Shown: positions 38,015 to 47,874 of the stretch, one piece after another
Layout: each line of letters opens with the position of its first letter
How positions within the stretch are numbered: position 1 is the first letter of the stretch
Origin: Clostridia bacterium
Lineage (GTDB): Bacteria > Bacillota > Clostridia > Oscillospirales > CAG-272
Length of the DNA: 64,000 bases
NCBI GenBank assembly: GCA_017403155.1
Contig: JAFQOP010000014.1
Location: forward strand, 15,270 to 79,269
Reading direction: 5' to 3'
Notes under the pieces: generated by a model
Told to the model about the DNA's origin: nothing
The model's input: only the letters and a program-made list of their open reading frames with translations
Database searches by the model: none
Position numbers and translations under genes: made by a program

Positions 38015-40642
38015 ATGGCAGAAATTATAGAGAGAGCTTCGGATGTAGTTAATACAACTCCTATGATGAAGCAATACCTGGAGGTTAAGGAGCAGTATAT
38101 TGATTATATACTTATGTACCGTCTCGGAGACTTCTATGAGTGTTTCTTTGATGATGCGCTCATTGCATCCAGGGAGCTTGAGCTTACCCTCACCGCCAGG
38201 GACTGCGGAGAAGGGAAGCGCGCCGCAATGTGCGGCGTTCCCTTTCACAAGGCAGACGTATACGTGGGCAGATTGGTGGAGAAGGGCTACAAGGTTGCTA
38301 TCTGTGAGCAGACAGAGGACCCGAAGGCTGCGGTCGGACTCGTTAAGCGAGAGGTGACCAGGGTTATAACTCGCGGCACCATAACCGACGATACCCTCCT
38401 CTCCGAGGGAAAAAACAACTTCCTTGCCTCCGTGTGCTACGGAGTAGGAGGTATTGCGCTTGGATTTGCGGATATATCCACCGGAGAAATTTCGTGCACG
38501 TTTATCTCGGGAGATGACGTTCTTTCTCGCGCAGAAAACGAGCTCGCAGCATATCAGCCCTCCGAGGTGATAATCAATCTGCCGCGCAGCGAGTGTGCCG
38601 AGCTTGTCGAATTTCTTACAAACAGATTCGGTACTCTTATAACCGATAACGCAAAGAGGCTCTTCGACTATTCACGCGGCAAGGAGAGAGCCAGACGCGT
38701 ATTCGGTGAGGAGGCAGACAAGCTCACCGAGCCTGAGCAGCTTATGGCGATAAGCTCGCTCCTCTTTTACATAAACGAAACACAGAAGACCGAGGTCGCG
38801 TTTGCCAAGGATATAAACGTATATTCGAAGGGACAGTACCTCGAGCTTGATATAAACACCAGGCGAAATCTGGAGCTCACCGAGTCGATGCGTACCAAGG
38901 AAAAGCGCGGATCGCTGCTTTGGATACTTGACAAAACAAAGACCGCCATGGGTGCCAGACTTCTTCGCACCTGGCTGCTCAAGCCCCTAATTGACCCCGT
39001 TGCCATATCTCACCGCCAGGCGGCGATAGGCGATCTTGTATCAAATGCTCCTCTCTCCGACGATCTTGCTGATATTCTTTCGGCAACCCTTGATATCGAG
39101 AGGCTTACAGCAAAGGCTGTGTATGGCACGGCAAATGCAAAGGACTTGAGAGCTATATACCAGAGCATAGTCGGTCTGCCCAAAATTAAGGTCATGATTT
39201 CCAAGCTCAAGAGTAATTCTATGCAAATCATCGCCAAGGAACTGGATACTCTTGAGGATATTGCTGAGCTTCTTGGAAATGCAATAGTAGATACCCCTCC
39301 ATTTACTGTCCGCGAGGGCGGCATGATACGTGAGGGCTTTAATGCAGACGTTGACTACTACCGTTCTGTGAGAAACAACGCCTCCGATATAATGCGCTCT
39401 ATTGAGGAGCGAGAGAAGGAGGAAACGGGAATCAAAACTCTCAAGGTTGCATATAACAAGGTCTTTGGATATTATATCGAGGTATCAAAGTCGTTTGCCG
39501 ACCAGGTGCCCGACAGATTTATAAGGAAGCAGACCCTTGTTAACTGCGAGAGATATATTACCCAGGAGCTGAAGGAGATGGAGACGACTATCTTCTCAGC
39601 CGACGAGAAGCTCGTTACACTGGAGTTTGATATATTTACCAGCCTGCGCAATTTTATTGCAGAGAACTCCGACCGTATAAGAAGGAGCGCCGCAATGATA
39701 GCAAGCGTCGACGTCATTCGCTCCCTTGCAGAGGTAGCCAGAAAGAATTCCTACGTGTGTCCTGATGTAGATCTGTCTACCGATATTGTTATCAAGGACG
39801 GCAGACACCCCGTGGTAGAGAAGTTTGTTAAGGACAGCTATTTCGTTCCCAACGATACCACCCTCGACACGGCGGCAAACCGTATGATGATAATAACGGG
39901 TCCCAACATGGCGGGTAAATCGACCTATATGCGTCAGGTTGCGATTATAACGCTTATGGCGCAGATTGGCTCCTACGTTCCTGCCAAGTCCGCGAAAATC
40001 GGTGTTGTTGACAAGATATTCACCCGTGTCGGTGCATCCGACGACCTCGCCTCGGGGCAGTCCACGTTTATGCTTGAGATGAACGAGGTTGCCTCAATTC
40101 TGAGAGGTGCAACGAAAAAGTCGCTCATAATTTATGACGAGGTAGGCAGGGGAACAAGCACCTACGACGGTATGGCAATCGCAAGAGCTGTCGTTGAATA
40201 TACACATTCAAAGAAGATAGGCGCAAAGACACTCTTCGCCACACACTATCACGAGCTCACCGATATGGAGGAGCAGTATGAGGGTATTGTAAACTATAAC
40301 ATCGCGGCAAAGAAGCGCGGTGACGGTATCATATTCCTGCGCAAAATAGTAAGGGGTGGCACCGATGATTCTTATGGAATCGAGGTTGCAAAGCTTGCAG
40401 GTGTACCCTCGGAGGTTGTAAAGCGAGCCAAGGAGATACTGGCTGAAATAGAGAAGGCAGGAGCTGTGAGCGCGCCCGTTCGCAAATTTCACACCGAGAG
40501 CGCGCAGACGGATATGTTCACATCCCTTGCTGTGGCAAAAGACAGCGAGGTTGCCGACAGACTGCGTGAGGTCGATATAAACACCCTCACTCCCATAGAG
40601 GCAATGAATCTTCTTTATGAGCTTAAAAAGAAACTAGATTGA
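38015..40642 (+). CDS. mutS: DNA mismatch repair protein MutS
   Basis: TPMMKQY, GDFYECF, TGPNMAGKSTY, STFMLE, DEVGRGTST and ATHYHEL. Confidence 0.98.
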   Translation: MAEIIERASDVVNTTPMMKQYLEVKEQYIDYILMYRLGDFYECFFDDALIASRELELTLTARDCGEGKRAAMCGVPFHKADVYVGRLVEKGYKVAICEQTEDPKAAVGLVKREVTRVITRGTITDDTLLSEGKNNFLASVCYGVGGIALGFADISTGEISCTFISGDDVLSRAENELAAYQPSEVIINLPRSECAELVEFLTNRFGTLITDNAKRLFDYSRGKERARRVFGEEADKLTEPEQLMAISSLLFYINETQKTEVAFAKDINVYSKGQYLELDINTRRNLELTESMRTKEKRGSLLWILDKTKTAMGARLLRTWLLKPLIDPVAISHRQAAIGDLVSNAPLSDDLADILSATLDIERLTAKAVYGTANAKDLRAIYQSIVGLPKIKVMISKLKSNSMQIIAKELDTLEDIAELLGNAIVDTPPFTVREGGMIREGFNADVDYYRSVRNNASDIMRSIEEREKEETGIKTLKVAYNKVFGYYIEVSKSFADQVPDRFIRKQTLVNCERYITQELKEMETTIFSADEKLVTLEFDIFTSLRNFIAENSDRIRRSAAMIASVDVIRSLAEVARKNSYVCPDVDLSTDIVIKDGRHPVVEKFVKDSYFVPNDTTLDTAANRMMIITGPNMAGKSTYMRQVAIITLMAQIGSYVPAKSAKIGVVDKIFTRVGASDDLASGQSTFMLEMNEVASILRGATKKSLIIYDEVGRGTSTYDGMAIARAVVEYTHSKKIGAKTLFATHYHELTDMEEQYEGIVNYNIAAKKRGDGIIFLRKIVRGGTDDSYGIEVAKLAGVPSEVVKRAKEILAEIEKAGAVSAPVRKFHTESAQTDMFTSLAVAKDSEVADRLREVDINTLTPIEAMNLLYELKKKLD

Positions 40643-40656
40643 TAAACGAGGCAAAA

Positions 40657-42618
40657 ATGTCAAAGATAAACGTACTTAGCTTTGAAATTGCAAACCTTAT
40701 TGCCGCAGGAGAGGTCGTTGACCGCCCCTCCTCGGTGCTGAAGGAGCTTATCGAAAACTCAATAGACGCCGGCGCAAGCACAATAGTTGCTGAGATAAAG
40801 CGCGGAGGCGTCGCACTTATCCGCGTCACCGACAACGGCTCCGGAATCGAGAAGGAGGACCTTCCCGTTGCGCTTCAGCGCCATGCGACAAGCAAGATAA
40901 AGGATAGGGACGACCTCGATGCTATAATGACTCTCGGATTCCGCGGTGAGGCACTTGCTGCCATTTCCTCCGTTTCCGAGATGACAATAATCAGCAAAAC
41001 GAAGGACGCGCCTATGGCAACCATGCTCACCGCAGTCGGCGGTAGGGTAGTGGACATCAGCGAGGTAGGAGCATCCGACGGCACAACCGTCGTTGTTGAG
41101 AACCTTTTCGGCAACGTTCCCGCACGTCGCAAATTCCTGAAGAAGGATGCCACCGAGGCAATGAACGTTGCCGCACTTGTGGAGCGCGTTGCAGTATCCC
41201 ACCCCGAGATATCAATACAGCTGCTTATAGATGGTGAGGAGCGTTTTAAAACCCCGGGAGACAGCGATTTATATAATGCCATATATGCCGTCTTCGGCAG
41301 AGACTTCGCCAAGAAGATGATAAAAGCAGACGGCACAGCAAACGGTGTGCGTGTGCATGGATACGTAGGCAGGAGCGACAACGTCAGAAAGAACAGAAAT
41401 CTCGAGAATTTCTTCATAAACGGCAGATATGTAAAGTCTATGACGGCAATGGCGGCAATAGAGAAGGCGTATACCTCCTTTATCGCACCCGAATGCTTTC
41501 CGTCCTGCGTTCTATTCCTCGAAATAAACCCCTCGTTGGTTGACGTAAACGTCCATCCCGCAAAGCTGGAGGTGAAGTTTACAGATGAGAAGGCAGTATT
41601 TGAGGCAGTGTATTATACCGTTAAGCGTGCTCTTGAGGACAGCGAGGATCGCCCCGAGCTCTCTCTCGGCACGAAAAGAACGACCGATAGAAATGCACTC
41701 GGTGCATTTGTGCCCGTTGGAGACGATTTGAAGTATGAGCAGACGCGTCTTAGTGCTACCGCGCCAACTATAAGTACACCGAAGCCTCCCACTGCTCATG
41801 CAGAACCGAGAGTCGGTGCACCGCGCGCAGAATATACAAGCGAGTATCAGGGCATATATGACCGCCCTGCCGAGGTTGCCAGTCCTACGAAAATATCAGC
41901 CCCGCGTGAGGTATCGGGAACGGTTATGACACCTCGTAGCTCGATTGAGCTTCTTGAGAGATACCGTGATTCCAAGCCCAAGCAGACGGATGAGGAAGCC
42001 GTTTCGGCGGTTGAGACACCTGCTGTGCCCTTGCCGGAGTATAAGCTCGTCGGTGAGGTTTTTGATTGCTATATCATAATTGAGTATGACGGGGCTATGC
42101 TGCTTATAGATAAGCATGCCGCGCATGAAAGAATTATATTTGAGGAGCTGAATGCGGCAAGGAAAGAGAAGAATACTGTAGCAACGCAGGCACTTATGCT
42201 CCCCATCACGGTTCTGACCTCGCCCGAGGAATATGCTGCGGCAGAGGAGTATGCGAGTGACGTTAAATCTGTCGGATTCGAATATAACCTGAACGGTCGC
42301 TCGATAGATCTTGTTGCGGTTCCCGGCGCTATTGAAATAGCTGATGCCGAGGCTCTGTTTTCGAGGATTCTCACCGAGCTTGCCGACGGACGCGGCAGAC
42401 CGGAGATTACCGAGGATATAAGAAGAGAAAAGGCGCTCTATCAGATAGCCTGCAAGGCGGCAATCAAGGGTGGCAGAATGTATAATTCAACTGTCGTGAG
42501 ATGGATTGTCGAGAGAGTGCTCGCCCTTCCCGATATAACGGTTTGCCCCCATGGCAGACCAATTGCGTATAAGCTAACCAAAAATGAGCTTGACCGACAG
42601 TTTGAGAGAATAAAATAA
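40657..42618 (+). CDS. mutL: DNA mismatch repair endonuclease MutL
   Basis: IAAGEVV, DNGSGI, GFRGEAL, DVNVHP.K, DKHAAHER and CPHGRP; ATG 40657 after GAGG. Confidence 0.97.
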   Translation: MSKINVLSFEIANLIAAGEVVDRPSSVLKELIENSIDAGASTIVAEIKRGGVALIRVTDNGSGIEKEDLPVALQRHATSKIKDRDDLDAIMTLGFRGEALAAISSVSEMTIISKTKDAPMATMLTAVGGRVVDISEVGASDGTTVVVENLFGNVPARRKFLKKDATEAMNVAALVERVAVSHPEISIQLLIDGEERFKTPGDSDLYNAIYAVFGRDFAKKMIKADGTANGVRVHGYVGRSDNVRKNRNLENFFINGRYVKSMTAMAAIEKAYTSFIAPECFPSCVLFLEINPSLVDVNVHPAKLEVKFTDEKAVFEAVYYTVKRALEDSEDRPELSLGTKRTTDRNALGAFVPVGDDLKYEQTRLSATAPTISTPKPPTAHAEPRVGAPRAEYTSEYQGIYDRPAEVASPTKISAPREVSGTVMTPRSSIELLERYRDSKPKQTDEEAVSAVETPAVPLPEYKLVGEVFDCYIIIEYDGAMLLIDKHAAHERIIFEELNAARKEKNTVATQALMLPITVLTSPEEYAAAEEYASDVKSVGFEYNLNGRSIDLVAVPGAIEIADAEALFSRILTELADGRGRPEITEDIRREKALYQIACKAAIKGGRMYNSTVVRWIVERVLALPDITVCPHGRPIAYKLTKNELDRQFERIK

Positions 42619-42628
42619 GGAAAAGATA

Positions 42629-43771
42629 ATGGCAAAATTTACACTGTTAAAGAAAGACGGAAAGGCCCGTCGCGGCAGATTTGAGACCGTTCACGGCACA
42701 ATAGAAACTCCCGTGTTTATGAACGTCGGTACATCCGCAGCTATTAAGGGTGGAATATCCACGTGCGACCTCAAGGAGGTAAACTGCCAGGTAGAGCTTT
42801 CCAACACATACCACCTCCATATCCGACCCGGAGACAAGCTTATACACAAGCTTGGCGGTATTCATAAGTTCTTCAACTGGGACAGACCCGTTCTTACAGA
42901 TTCGGGCGGATTTCAGGTTTTTTCGCTTGCAAAGCTGCGCAAGATAACCGAGGAGGGAGTGGCGTTCAATTCCCACTTCGACGGAAAGAGAATTTTTATG
43001 GGCCCCGAGGAGTCTATGCAAATTCAGTCTAACCTCGGATCAACTATCGCTATGGCATTTGATGAGTGCGTTGAGAATCCTGCGCCCTATCAGTATGTGA
43101 AGGCATCAGAGGAGAGAACCGTCCGCTGGCTGAGGCGTTGTCGTACAGAGCTTGACAGACTTAATTCGCTCCCCGAAACAGTAAACAAAAATCAGCTGCT
43201 CTTCGGTATCAATCAGGGAGGCACCTATGAGGACCTTCGCGTGAGAAATATGGAGGCAATTAAGGAAATAGAGTGCGACGGATATGCAATAGGCGGACTT
43301 GCGGTAGGCGAGAGTGCCGATGTAATGTATCATATAATCGATACGGTTGAGCCTCATATGCCCGTGGACAAGCCGAGATATCTTATGGGTGTCGGCACTC
43401 CACAGAACATCGTTGAGGCGGTGTATCGTGGTGTCGACTTCTTCGACTGCGTTATGCCCAGCCGTAATGCAAGGCATGGCAACCTCTTTACCTGGGAGGG
43501 AAAGATAAATCTCTTAAACGAGAAATATCTTGACGATCCCCGTCCCATTTCGCCAAGCTGCTCCTGTCCTGCCTGCTCAAGCTATTCCAGAGCATATATC
43601 CGCCACCTCTTCAAGGCGCGCGAGGCTCTCGGTATGCGACTTGCCGTATTGCATAATCTTTATTTCTACAATGAGCTTATGCAAAGGATTCGCGATGCAC
43701 TTGACGAGGGCAGATACGAGGAATTCTATCAGAAATACCGTAACAGCCTTGCAGAGCGCTGCGAGGACTGA
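42629..43771 (+). CDS. tgt: Queuine tRNA-ribosyltransferase
   Basis: TPVFMNVGT, NTYHL, TDSGGFQVFSL, GGLAVGE, YLMGVG and C.C..C. Confidence 0.97.
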   Translation: MAKFTLLKKDGKARRGRFETVHGTIETPVFMNVGTSAAIKGGISTCDLKEVNCQVELSNTYHLHIRPGDKLIHKLGGIHKFFNWDRPVLTDSGGFQVFSLAKLRKITEEGVAFNSHFDGKRIFMGPEESMQIQSNLGSTIAMAFDECVENPAPYQYVKASEERTVRWLRRCRTELDRLNSLPETVNKNQLLFGINQGGTYEDLRVRNMEAIKEIECDGYAIGGLAVGESADVMYHIIDTVEPHMPVDKPRYLMGVGTPQNIVEAVYRGVDFFDCVMPSRNARHGNLFTWEGKINLLNEKYLDDPRPISPSCSCPACSSYSRAYIRHLFKAREALGMRLAVLHNLYFYNELMQRIRDALDEGRYEEFYQKYRNSLAERCED

Positions 43772-43772
43772 C

Positions 43773-43804
43773 AAAAAAGGCTTTCCGTTCGGAAAGCCTT
43801 TTTT
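43773..43804. terminator. Bidirectional intrinsic terminator
   Basis: AAAAAAGGCTTTCC-GTTC-GGAAAGCCTTTTTT perfect stem. Confidence 0.92.
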
Positions 43805-43805
43805 A

Positions 43806-44210
43806 TTACAATTTTACGGGATGACCGTCACAGTGTCCGTCGAACATTCCCGTCATATCGCACTCATATACTCTGCTCTCGTTTAGCTTGAAGCCAATCG
43901 ATTTCAGGAGACGCTCGTCCGCGGCGTCAATTGCCGCGCGGCATTTGTGAGAGCCGCAAAGATCTATGAAGTTCATAGTTGCCCTTCCGAGGATAAACAT
44001 AGCCTCGAAGTCGCTGTAACCAACCTTGGGACGAAGGTCTGATATATATCCGTATTCTCCGTCAATCTCGAACTGTGCCATTCCCATAAGCTGTCCGCTA
44101 TCAGCGTCCGTCATGGCATAGGCAAAGAAGCCCTCTCGGTAGTCAGTGCCGCATTCTGTTGAATATTTTTTCTGCAGCTCGGTGTCGTTAATCGGTGTGA
44201 TTTTAAACAT
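43806..44210 (-). CDS. Hypothetical protein, possible degenerate GNAT fold
   Basis: 134 aa immediately after rluB; pattern LMGMAQF...LGRATMNF...LKSIGF; C-terminal GHCDGH. Confidence 0.7.
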   Translation of the reverse strand: MFKITPINDTELQKKYSTECGTDYREGFFAYAMTDADSGQLMGMAQFEIDGEYGYISDLRPKVGYSDFEAMFILGRATMNFIDLCGSHKCRAAIDAADERLLKSIGFKLNESRVYECDMTGMFDGHCDGHPVKL

Positions 44211-44211
44211 G

Positions 44212-44943
44212 TCAGCCTCTCCTTCCCGTTGCCTTGTAGAGGTAATCTACCTCCTCGGGCTCAAGGTAGCGCCATTTTCCCACAGGGAGATTGTTCAGCT
44301 TCAGCTGTCCTATTGAGATGCGTGAGAGTCGCTTAACTGTGAGCCCTGCAATCTCGCACATTTTTCTGATCTGTCTGTTTCTGCCCTCCAAAAGCGTGAA
44401 CTTCAGAACGGTGCCGCTTTCGTCAGTCTCCGACACGGTAACCTCGCAGGGCTTAATCGTGTATCCGTCTATTTCAAGGGGAGAGGTGAGGGTCTCAAGC
44501 TGTGAGGGAGAAACCGTACCGCTGACCTTGACGCGATAGAGCTTTGGCAGGGAGTGGCTCGGGTGTGTGAGCCTGTTTTTCAAGGCTCCGTCATCGGTAA
44601 GAAGGAGCATTCCCTCAGAGACAAGGTCGAGCCTGCCGACGGGATAAACCCTGGCTTCAACACCGTCAAGCAGGTCGGTAACGCATTTGCGACCTCTGTC
44701 ATCGGTGGTGCTGGACAGATATCCGCGCGGCTTATTCATCATTATATATGTATATTCGCGCTTCTGTGCCGAAATTTTCTTTCCCTTGTATGTAACGACG
44801 TCGACTCGGGGGTCTATCTTCGTTCCCAGCGTAGCAACGTGACCGTTAACAGCCACGTTGCCCTTTTCTATTTCCGACTCTGCCGCGCGGCGGGACATAA
44901 GTCCCGCATCGGCGATAAATTTTTGCAGTCTTATTTTTTCCAT
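44212..44943 (-). CDS. rluB: RsuA family pseudouridine synthase RluB
   Basis: RLQKFIADAGLMSRR, KPRGY, VGRLD..SEG and EGRNRQIRKM; canonical position after dacB. Confidence 0.92.
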   Translation of the reverse strand: MEKIRLQKFIADAGLMSRRAAESEIEKGNVAVNGHVATLGTKIDPRVDVVTYKGKKISAQKREYTYIMMNKPRGYLSSTTDDRGRKCVTDLLDGVEARVYPVGRLDLVSEGMLLLTDDGALKNRLTHPSHSLPKLYRVKVSGTVSPSQLETLTSPLEIDGYTIKPCEVTVSETDESGTVLKFTLLEGRNRQIRKMCEIAGLTVKRLSRISIGQLKLNNLPVGKWRYLEPEEVDYLYKATGRRG

Positions 44944-44955
44944 AATTATATCCTT

Positions 44956-46068
44956 CTAAAAAAGTCCTTCCCAAAAGCTCTTTTCCTTAATTTCAGCAGC
45001 ATTTTCTTCAGCTATAAGCGGTACTCTGCCGATTTCAGCACCGTCAGCATAGAGAACAACCTCACCAACCGCGTCGCCCGCTTTAATGGGAGCAGCGAAA
45101 TATCGAGGGAGGTTGACCTGCCTTGTGAATATGGGCGCCTCACCTCTGTAAACGTACTTGAATGCTTCCTTGTTGGTTATTCTTATATTTTCTCGGTCTG
45201 AATTGAGCACGGGGAGGGAATAGCTGATTTCTCCTTCCTCAAGCACACCTGCTGTGTGAATGCTCTCAAAGCCGTAATTCAAAAGCTCCGTGTGATCGCG
45301 CCAATCGTCTGGTGCATCTATTGTAACGCATATAAGGGTAGTGCCATCTCGCTCAGCCGCACTGACGAGCGAGCGTCCCGATAGCTGGGTATATCCTGTT
45401 TTTACACCTATACAGCCATCATATAATTTAAGTAGCTTGTTGTGATTTACAACCACTCTTTTTTTCAAGCTGCTCTCAATCTCCTTTTTATACGTAGAGA
45501 CGACTTGTCGAAAGAGGTCGTTTTTCAGTGCCTCAGCACCTATGAGGGCGAGGTCGTGTGCCGTTGTATAGTGTCCGCCTGCATCAAGTCCGTGCGGATT
45601 CTTAAAGCAGGTGTCGGTTGCTCCGAGCTCAATAGCACGCTTATTCATCAGTTCAGCGAAGTCAGCAATATCTCCCGAAATTGCATACGCCAGTGCCTCG
45701 GCTGCGTCGTTTGCGCTTCCCAGCATAAGCGCATAGAGAAGGCTCTCGGCACTCAAAATTTCTCCCTCCTCGAGATAAATGCTGGAGCCGTCTGTTCCGA
45801 CAGCGCGTTCGTCTACCTCGATGAGGTCGGTAGGGGATAGCTGCTCGAGTGCTATGAGGGCGGTCATTATTTTTGTTGTGCTTGCCATTGGCAGGTGCTT
45901 GTTTTCGTTTTTTGTATATATAAAGCTTTGACTCGTCGGCTCGTATAGCGCCGCTGCTCTTGCGCTGACGCTCGGTGCGTATGCTGAGGATACGTAGAGG
46001 GTCAGTGCGAGAAATGACAGAGTCAAAATTATAAGCACGGTTATGATTCGATTTCTGTCGTCCTTCAT
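44956..46068 (-). CDS. dacB: D-alanyl-D-alanine carboxypeptidase (S11; DacB/DacF-like)
   Basis: ASTTK, SAN, NPHGL and KTG motifs; scpB-ytfJ-dacB-rluB context. Confidence 0.85.
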   Translation of the reverse strand: MKDDRNRIITVLIILTLSFLALTLYVSSAYAPSVSARAAALYEPTSQSFIYTKNENKHLPMASTTKIMTALIALEQLSPTDLIEVDERAVGTDGSSIYLEEGEILSAESLLYALMLGSANDAAEALAYAISGDIADFAELMNKRAIELGATDTCFKNPHGLDAGGHYTTAHDLALIGAEALKNDLFRQVVSTYKKEIESSLKKRVVVNHNKLLKLYDGCIGVKTGYTQLSGRSLVSAAERDGTTLICVTIDAPDDWRDHTELLNYGFESIHTAGVLEEGEISYSLPVLNSDRENIRITNKEAFKYVYRGEAPIFTRQVNLPRYFAAPIKAGDAVGEVVLYADGAEIGRVPLIAEENAAEIKEKSFWEGLF

Positions 46069-46137
46069 ATCATTCTCCTTTTACTCCGTATGTAGTTTTA
46101 ACGGATTGTCAGGAAAATATAATATGAAAAAAGTGGC

Positions 46138-46512
46138 TCATTCGAGTGCATCGCGTATTCTTTTCAGAATTTCCGGGCTACGCTCTATGAGAGATGTAAT
46201 TCCCGAAACGTTTTTTTCTGCCTTCTCGCTGATATAGGTCAGATTTACTGCTCCCTCGGCGCTTACCGTGAGAAATGCAATAGGAGTTATTGAAATTCCG
46301 CTTCCACTGCCCGAGCCGATACCGTTTGTCTCCTTCTTTTTGCCGAAGAGGTCGAGACCTCCGCCGGCAAAGCCAAAAGCAATTTTGGAAACGGGTATCA
46401 CAGTAACTCCGCTCGGTGTGTGAATAGGACTTCCGATTACCGTATTCATATCAGCAAAGCCCCTCACACCGTCAATCGATGCCTTGATGAGGTCAGTCAT
46501 CTCGTTTTCCAT
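46138..46512 (-). CDS. ytfJ: Sporulation protein YtfJ (GerW family)
   Basis: NTVIGSPI, IPVSKIAFGFAGGG and GSGSGISITPIAFL; ATG 46512 after AAGGAG. Confidence 0.92.
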   Translation of the reverse strand: MENEMTDLIKASIDGVRGFADMNTVIGSPIHTPSGVTVIPVSKIAFGFAGGGLDLFGKKKETNGIGSGSGSGISITPIAFLTVSAEGAVNLTYISEKAEKNVSGITSLIERSPEILKRIRDALE

Positions 46513-47033
46513 TTTCTCCTTCTCCTTTTGTGTGCCGTGTATTCGTGAAGATAACACAAAAGAAGTCTGAATGCAGAGAATAGCGGAGCAGAGAGCTGTG
46601 CGTCCAGCTCGTATGTTGTTGAGCTTTCTTGCTCTGTAAGTGCGGTGAGGTTTATCGCCCCCTCGCCAATCTGTACATCCTTGCAGGATGAATGGAGTGT
46701 GACGACGGTGGGGTATAGCAGTGCAAACACGAAGCCGAGCGTGCTATATGCCTTCTCCGTCTGCTCTCTTGTAATATTGACGGCTGCAATATTAATTGAC
46801 GCTCTTGAAAGGCTGAGAGCTTTGCGTATGAGCCTTATGGCTTGGAGCGGACCGATAGGAGATTTTTTATCCTTCTGCCCGACTTTATTTCCAAAATCTG
46901 ATAGGATTACCTTGATAAAGATATATTCAACCTCAACATTCAGCTTCTTTCCTGCGAGTATCCTTACATTGATTGGTGCTATTAAAATAAGTGCTATTGA
47001 CAGTAGAATGAGTGCTAAGGCAATATATATCAT
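46497..47033 (-). CDS. YtfI/DUF2953-like membrane-anchored protein
   Basis: N-terminal TM; conserved position directly upstream of ytfJ; sequence divergent. Confidence 0.65.
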   Translation of the reverse strand: MIYIALALILLSIALILIAPINVRILAGKKLNVEVEYIFIKVILSDFGNKVGQKDKKSPIGPLQAIRLIRKALSLSRASINIAAVNITREQTEKAYSTLGFVFALLYPTVVTLHSSCKDVQIGEGAINLTALTEQESSTTYELDAQLSAPLFSAFRLLLCYLHEYTAHKRRRRKWKTR

Positions 47034-47855
47034 TTACTCCTCGTCATCCGTATCATCATCGGTATCGTCGTAAATATCGTCCTCTGCTGAGGGCTCCTCG
47101 AGCAATACCTCGTCAACTGTATCCTCGCTTACACCGTCTATGGTAAGCTGGGTGGTATCACCGTCTATTGTTTCCCCGTCACCCTCGTTTGATACGCCGT
47201 CTGCGTTAGTTAGCTTTGCATTTGCAAATACGTCCATCATCTCATCTGTCGTTTTTGGCAGATGATCGAGGTCGGGAAGGCCGAAGCAACGCAGGAAGTC
47301 GGAGGTTGTGCCGTAAAGCATAGGTCTGCCGGGCACGTCGAGTCGACCCTTGCATTCGATAAGACCGCGGTCGATAAGGCTGTTCATTGCATATGATGAG
47401 TCCACCTTGCGTAGCGTATCGACGAAAAGTCTCGTTACAGGCTGGTTATATGCCACGATAGCAAGCGTTTCCAGCGCGGATGAGGAGAGAGTACCGCTCT
47501 TTTTTATTCCAAGCGCGTCTCTTATCTCCGCGAGGTAGTGCTGCTTTGTGCACAGCTGGCAGGAATCGGTGTACGTCAGGAGCATAACGCCGCGAGGGAG
47601 CTCGGAGCTATTGTACTTGAGCGCATATACCGCAACTGTGTCGCGTATCTTGGTTGGCGTTGTATCAAAAACTCTGGCAAGGGTAGCGTAGGAAATAGGG
47701 TGTCCTGCGGCAAAGAGAATTGCCTCAATTGCCTCCTCAATGACGATGGAGCGAAACTCCTCGCTAATCGCCTTAACCTCCGCCTCGGTTGCCTTGTCAA
47801 GCTCGGTGACCTTTTCCTCGAGCTCCTCGTTTATATTCTTGATTTCTTCACTCAT
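47034..47855 (-). CDS. scpB: Segregation and condensation protein B
   Basis: IEAILFAAG, LS.SALETLAIVAYNQPVTR and GRPMLYGTT..FL..FGL; start moved to 47855. Confidence 0.95.
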   Translation of the reverse strand: MSEEIKNINEELEEKVTELDKATEAEVKAISEEFRSIVIEEAIEAILFAAGHPISYATLARVFDTTPTKIRDTVAVYALKYNSSELPRGVMLLTYTDSCQLCTKQHYLAEIRDALGIKKSGTLSSSALETLAIVAYNQPVTRLFVDTLRKVDSSYAMNSLIDRGLIECKGRLDVPGRPMLYGTTSDFLRCFGLPDLDHLPKTTDEMMDVFANAKLTNADGVSNEGDGETIDGDTTQLTIDGVSEDTVDEVLLEEPSAEDDIYDDTDDDTDDEE

Positions 47856-47874
47856 TGCTCTCTTTATCCTTTCC

